DNA of 63,972 bases, counting the filler, from Lenisia limosa (Eukaryota > Protista > Breviatea), in assembly GCA_001655205.1 (NCBI GenBank). It is 14 parts of 14 records of this genome, joined end to end, with 100 filler letters (N's around TTAATTAATTAA, not from the genome) between each part and the next. Parts side by side here need not be neighbours in the genome. Positions count along the whole stretch, not along the records: positions 56,058 to 58,791 come from LPNZ01005287.1; positions 58,892 to 60,232 come from LPNZ01002763.1; positions 60,333 to 62,709 come from LPNZ01003909.1; positions 62,810 to 63,972 come from LPNZ01008865.1; 10 more parts are not named here. One strand, given 5' to 3'. Both the position numbers and the translations under genes were made by a program. This document shows, in pieces, positions 58,251 through 63,972 of the stretch (its first letter is position 1; each line of letters begins with the position of its first letter). The notes beneath the pieces were generated by a model. That model was not told the DNA's origin. It saw only the letters and a list, made by a program, of their open reading frames with translations, and did no database searches.

Positions 58251-60688
58251 TGGCATACACAATTGGATAATGCAATGTAACTTTCTTTGATATTCCCAAT
58301 CAAAAGCCCCTGTAACCTCGATGACTGGCGCATTAGCTATGGGGATATAGCTGAAATTGTTAACATGAAACAGTGCGCGAAAACTGTCAGACAAATATGT
58401 GACCCATACTTAAGAGACTTGGACTGAGAAACTTCGGAGGGTGCCTTGGTCATGCAAGGGGGCGAGCACACAATAATGCTGTTTAAGTCCAGGGGAAATA
58501 GAGCGTCTAGTGGTAGCGTACTTGACTCCAACTGCGGGGGGGAGAGATATAAAGGACGTGCAATAAATAAAATAACAAAAAGTTAAAAGAAAAAAAGAAA
58601 AAAAAAGCCCAGGTCAATTATTATTATTATCACCATCAATCACCATCATCACCACCACCATCATCACCATATGAATAGCACGCAGCAGGTTAAGTACGAT
58701 GTGAAGCGCAGTAGCCGCGGTGCATTTCCAGTTGTTATCCAAAAGCTCTTGGAGGGATATTCCCTGGGCTTGCTCCACAACCAGGCCATACNNNNNNNNN
58801 NNNNNNNNNNNNNNNNNNNNNNNNNNNNNNNNNNNTTAATTAATTAANNNNNNNNNNNNNNNNNNNNNNNNNNNNNNNNNNNNNNNNNNNNAATTCAGTT
58901 GAGTTGATATGGGATGAATACACTACGGCGCATCGACTTGGGATTCCAGATAAAGGTAAAAAAAAAACAAAAGCTGGGATACTCAAAATCCTCTGAGCAC
59001 AAGTCAGGTGCTCGCCACCGAAAAACCACGTTTAAAATATCCACACAAAGTTGAAGAAGTACCCAACACGCGGCGGCTCGAAGGACGAGGCCATCGGTCG
59101 GACGAGACTGAAGCGAAAGCGCGATATAATCGAGAAGGACCTCTGTTTTAAGCTCCCACCGGCGCTTGAGAGACCTGGCTTCTGTCCGCCTGGTCTGGAC
59201 GTCCTCCTTGGCTATCCAGATGTGCCAAAATATTGATGAAGGAATCTGTAAGTACTTTTGGAGAAGCAAGGTATCGGCCATTGGTCCGAAAGTACCTCGT
59301 CGCGGAGGCATGGTAATTTGTTTATGGTATTACTATTTATTTGTTTCCCTAGGTTTCTAGCATTTAGCATAGCTTTAGTCTTTGTTGTCATCCTCCGTGT
59401 TTTAATCATTTTCTAATAGGGAATCCATCAGGGAGAATATGATACACAGCCACTCACTATGTAAGCTGACAACGTGACTGACGCGACTTGGTTTCTTTGG
59501 CGCATCGCTGGAAATCTTCAGTGCTGCTGCAGGAAACGCACATGTCCTGATTGACCAGGGACTGTCTCTTTCTACCTCCGTAGTCCGTGGGATTAACTAT
59601 TTGTCTCCTCAGCTGGCCCTGAGTGCCATATGTCATCAAATTCTTAACATATCATATGCTGCTGCGCAGAAGCCGTGTCATTTTTGCGATATCGTGTCAT
59701 TTTTTTTATTATTTTTTATTTTTAGAGCTGTAGTGTAAAGGGAAATGAAAACGCAAGCCATTAGAACTTAAAACAGTTTCATTACCGTGCTGAACCTCTT
59801 CCTCATTTGCTTCGTCGTAGTATTCAACCGGATTACCAATACCAATCAGTATGTCTATATAAGGAATGAAGGATTTTTTGCCTTGCACTAAGGCTCTCCC
59901 ATACGTTATATGGCTCATAATATTTTCAGGAGAATTGGCTCTTTGACTTGGGATTTCATGTAGTATATTGGTAGTTCCATAAATTTCTTCGGATTTTCAA
60001 AAAATTACAACCAGAATTACAAACAGGGGAAATCAAGTTGAGATAAAACAAAAAAAATGGAGTGAAATTGAGTTAAAAGCAGAGGGAAATTGATTTGAAA
60101 GTTACAAACGGGAAATCAAAGTTGAGATACAAATGGGGGGAAAATTTGATATTTCCACCCCCCCCCCCTTCCCCTACTTCTTGTGTTTTATAGAAGCCAA
60201 TTTTTTGAAGAGCATAGGACGCACCTGAAGGGNNNNNNNNNNNNNNNNNNNNNNNNNNNNNNNNNNNNNNNNNNNNTTAATTAATTAANNNNNNNNNNNN
60301 NNNNNNNNNNNNNNNNNNNNNNNNNNNNNNNNAGTTATTTCCCCGGATTACCGGCAGCATGAATGGCATTGTGATAGGGGTTGTCGCGGTAACCGTTTTC
60401 AATATCGGCAACAAATGACCTGGTTGATTACAACGGAAACAACGAGAAAATGGAAGAGTTTTTAGAAAGCAAGAAAGGACGAAAAAGAAGAAGGAAGAGA
60501 GAAAGAAAGAAAGAAAAGAACAGAAGAGAAGAGACCAGTAAAAAAATAAAGATATGATATATAACACTACACAAACCTAAAAGCAGAGAGGTCAAGATCA
60601 AGGTCATCGAGAATAGTACTCTGCATAAGGACGAAGAGTGACACAAACTGAAGTGTGTGGTCTGAAGAGTGATCAGAATGATGGTAAG

Positions 60689-60771
60689 TAGGGCTTCACT
60701 TTGGTTCAAAAAAAGACAATTTCTTTATAAATATTCGAAAACTATCGATAATTTAGCGGTCGTTTTCGAAC
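60689..60771 (+). mobile_element. hAT-type MITE A, right end truncated
   Basis: tagggcttcactttggttcaaaaaaagac...actatcgata. Confidence 0.7.
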
Positions 60772-61542
60772 ATACCATCATAAACAACAACAATAACAGC
60801 ACAAAAAAAAAACAGCATCAACATTAAAAAGAGCAATCCCGACATACTGCCACAAAGGCCAAAGGCGTTGAAGATGGGGAAGGTAAAGGTGTTGGTCTGA
60901 GCAAGAACTCTGTGTAAGTCTTCGTGATGTCTGAATTGGTCACAATCAATTGCTGGAACAATGTCAATTGCTGGAAATGGGTAGGAAGTGGAAAGGAAAA
61001 GTAGTATCTGGTCGAACAACATCACGTTTATTAAAGAATCTCAATATTAATAAGGGTCTTTTTCGAATAAAGGGAAGATCTCTAGGTACACGGCAAAGAA
61101 TGAAGAGCGTTCTTAGTAATATCCCCCCTCCCACTGTCCGGCAAGAATGCAATGTCCTTCGTCTCCTACAGCCAAACTATAGGGTAAAATAAAGCATCAT
61201 TGCAATTTAACAAGGGTGAAAGTGGTCTTCATTGATGTTGATACACATGTAAACTAATAATTACTAATATACCATATGCCTTCTAGAAACTAATTCAATA
61301 AAATGAAAAAATCTATCAATAGGCTATAAAGAAGAGCCTGCCATCTTTCATACTCCCCCCCCCCAAAAAAAAAAAAAAAAAAANNNNNNNNNNNNNNNNN
61401 NNNNNNNNNNNNNNNNNNNNNNNNNNNNNNNNNNNNNNNNNNNNNNNNNNNNNNNNNNNNNNNNNNNNNNNAAAAAAAGAAGCCCGAATTCAACTGCTAA
61501 TGGATGCAAAATAAAAATACCTGTTTCCAAGCCCACCTGAAG

Positions 61543-62215
61543 GCCACAGAAGGACGCTGGAGGACCTGGGTAGAGGCACCCTTTTCAAGGTGGTTCGAAA
61601 AGTCGTTCAAAAGCCAATTCTGCGTTTCCTTGTCGACATCCTAATGGGATAAACTTTCCTTTTATGGTTTTATGGAAGGTGGCAAGGAAAAAGCTGTCCT
61701 TTTATAGAAATAACATTTTGTTTTTGGTAACCCCACTCACGCCGAGTTTGTTCTCCCAGTTAGACTTGTGGAGACCACTCAAGTTGCCAAGAAGATCCAG
61801 GGCTTTTTGGATTTCGGGCGGACAATCTGATAGTTAGCCGAAAAGTGAAGGATGAATTAGATCTCAGAGAAAGTGGTAGTAAGTCTATTACTAGTACTTT
61901 CTGTTTGGATATCCGTGCAATTTTGATGGTTACATTATATAATGGCAATGAGAAATAAAAACAAGGATGTATTTGGCCGAAGCCATCCACACCATCACGC
62001 AATGCTTCATTTCGCTTCGAAAAGATCAATAAAATAGCGATAGTTTTCGAGAATTGCTCGAAAAATTCAGTCATTTTTCGAACCGAAGAGAATCACTAAT
62101 TATAACCAGCGTAGCGTACTGTCTTCATCGCCAAGATCTTTGAGAAGAGACACGGCAGTTTGGTAGGGGCTCGTGTGATCGATGTCCGTATGGCTTCTCC
62201 TCTGAATCAACTGCT
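61543..62215 (-). CDS. Possible cyclic-nucleotide phosphodiesterase pre-catalytic region (fragment)
   Basis: HTSPYQTAVSSLK, DCPPEIQKALDLLGNLS and DVDKETQNWLLNDFS resemble the helical linker upstream of class I PDE catalytic domains. No catalytic motif is seen. Confidence 0.3.
62001..62098 (-). mobile_element. hAT-type MITE A, degenerate
   Basis: Inverted core, ending tttttcgaaccgaagagaatcacta. Confidence 0.7.
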
Positions 62216-63226
62216 GGGTTTTCTAGGGGGGGCAGTGAAAGATGTAATTTTTGTTGTTTTTGACATAAATACCCTCTTTTTTGCCTTTGTATTAACAATG
62301 TTCAAAATTAAATTTCTCTAAGACACTTTATAATGTTACTGGACGGTGTTTGGTGCTGTTTCCAGAAACATTAGACCTGTATTTCTGGGGGGTTTAAATA
62401 ATGGTGGCTGTAAAGCGCTGATTTTTGGGAGGTACGGGGGTTTTGAAAAATAGTTAATAGCCAATAGCATAATCCACAAACCCAATTAATATATCATATC
62501 AAAAAAATTAAAATATCATTTCAAAATAATAATTAATAAATCATATCAAAAAATATATTATACTAACTATATCGATATACGTATCACAACATAAAAATAA
62601 TTAATCATGTGGCTGACCTTGTGGATTTTGTCGAAGTTCCTCTCGTTCTGCTCAATGCGCATTCTGATCGGCCGTGTGATCACCACCGAAATCCAAAACC
62701 AGACAAAGANNNNNNNNNNNNNNNNNNNNNNNNNNNNNNNNNNNNNNNNNNNNTTAATTAATTAANNNNNNNNNNNNNNNNNNNNNNNNNNNNNNNNNNN
62801 NNNNNNNNNGTAAGGAAATGCTAAAAGTTTTTAATCGTGCTCAGCAAATTAACCTTCTATCTATTTTCCTTCTTTCTTCCTCCATCTATTTTCCTTCTAT
62901 CTATTTTCCCCTCTTTCTATTGTCCTCCTATCTATTTTCATATCTATTGTCCTTCTACCTATTTTCCTTGTAAAAAATGAGCTTCATGCCCCCCCCCCCC
63001 TNNNNNNNNNNNNNNNNNNNNNNNNNNNNNNNNNNNNNNNNNNNNNNNNNNNNNNNNNNNNNNNNNNNNNNNNNNNNNNNNNNNNNNNNNNNNNNNNNNN
63101 NNNNNNNNNNNNNNNNNNNNNNNCGAGTGCTTTTTCCAGGTAAAGCTGGAGAGACAATTGGGGCGGCACTTTTCTTAGGGCCTTGCCAACTACATCAGTA
63201 CGTTGATTTCGTTTTTTGAGGATAGC

Positions 63227-63310
63227 CTGGGGAGGGGGCGGTCAAATTGAAAAAAATTACGAAACAAAAAAGGCCCATAATCAACTCAGTTGTCTAGCAA
63301 CACACGAGTG
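63227..63310 (-). repeat. Acceptor-associated repeat F
   Basis: ctcgtgtgttgctagacaactgagttgattatgggcc..ttcgtaatttttcaatttgaccgcccccctccccAG|AILKKRNQRT exon. Confidence 0.78.
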
Positions 63311-63437
63311 GGAATAATGTAACGGTACAAAGCTCTCTCACTTCCTCCACCTCTTAATAAAGGCTCGCAGAAAGAGTGCACAGTGTTGTAAGGCAAATGA
63401 TTGGGTGAATTAAAATTATAATCCAATATCTCTAATA

Positions 63438-63495
63438 AGCGTGATGGTGTAGACGGCTTCGGCCAGATACTACCTTGTTTTTTATTTCTCAATGC
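63438..63495 (+). repeat. ~57-bp dispersed repeat G with GGC-TTCG-GCC hairpin
   Basis: gcgtgatggtgtagacggcttcggccagatactaccttgtttttatttctca. Related copies at 19921-19978 (-), 28842-28897 (+), 41290-41342 (-), 61945-62000 (-) and 63737-63790 (+). Confidence 0.8.
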
Positions 63496-63972
63496 TAGAG
63501 TACATATATCCCACCACCTCTACTACGGCCCGGTGATAGAGATGACGTTGGCGTTTAACCCATAATCCTGCTTCCATGGGGCAAACTGTGGGGTCAGATT
63601 GCGTTGTGAGGTTACTGGGAACAACTCAGAAAGTAGTGTTCAACAATGGGTACATACGATAGTAATTCTGAAGTTTGTAATAATAAGTAGGGCCAATCAT
63701 AGTATACTACTATAATTCAATATATTTCTTACACCTGTGATGGTGTATCGCTTTGGCCAGATATTCCCTTAATTTATTCCTCATCTCTATACGACAAAAG
63801 TGAGGGGTGAAGTGGACAGAGAGGTAAGGAAAACAATATGAGAAATTGTGAAAGAAAACAACATAGAGTATATAGCAATGTGAAATAATAATAAACGAAC
63901 GGAAGCAACAATAAAAAAAAAAAAATACAAGGTTACAAGAAGGAAAAAAAAATAGGTTACAGCAATAAGAAA

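Noticed and set aside
58340-58790. Active protein kinase on the minus strand (YGLVVEQAQGISLQELL...)
   Set aside because: It resembles subdomain V, but no HRD, DFG or APE motifs are found in the following exons. Too weak to call.
63438-63500. Repeat G as a canonical Helitron 3' end
   Set aside because: A CTAG follows only one of six copies, and not at a consistent distance.

Overview
Eukaryotic nuclear DNA from an intron-rich unicellular organism, probably a facultative or obligate anaerobe; the taxon cannot be identified from this window. The window is not one locus. Thirteen artificial 100-bp linkers (N44-TTAATTAATTAA-N44) join 14 separate scaffolds, and many internal N gaps begin at G or C homopolymers or at repeats. 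Genes are broken into many short exons by GT-AG introns, so the ORF track mostly shows fragments. Genes recognised by manual splicing: pyruvate:ferredoxin oxidoreductase (about 35 introns, with a mitochondrial-type presequence), pelota/Dom34, phosphomannomutase, a MYST histone acetyltransferase, a polycystin-2-like channel, a RasGEF C-terminus, an endonuclease III Fe-S motif exon, a CAMK-like kinase C-terminus, and a large Cys-rich PSI-like/EGF/FN3 extracellular protein. Three exons of a methionine gamma-lyase-family enzyme also lie inside the PFOR locus. Non-coding DNA is dense in small non-autonomous elements: a ~100-bp hAT-type MITE (two TIR subfamilies, 8-bp TSDs), a Tc1/mariner-type MITE (TA TSD), Mutator-like and longer TIR elements, and a UUCG-hairpin repeat. 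The most unusual signals are (i) a ~150-bp repeat that recurrently ends at 3' splice acceptors in the sense orientation, (ii) a ~360-bp AT-rich foreign-looking frame with five TGA, two TAG and no TAA in 119 codons, followed by a terminator-like hairpin, and (iii) the lyase exons nested in PFOR, which are possibly a scaffolding artefact.
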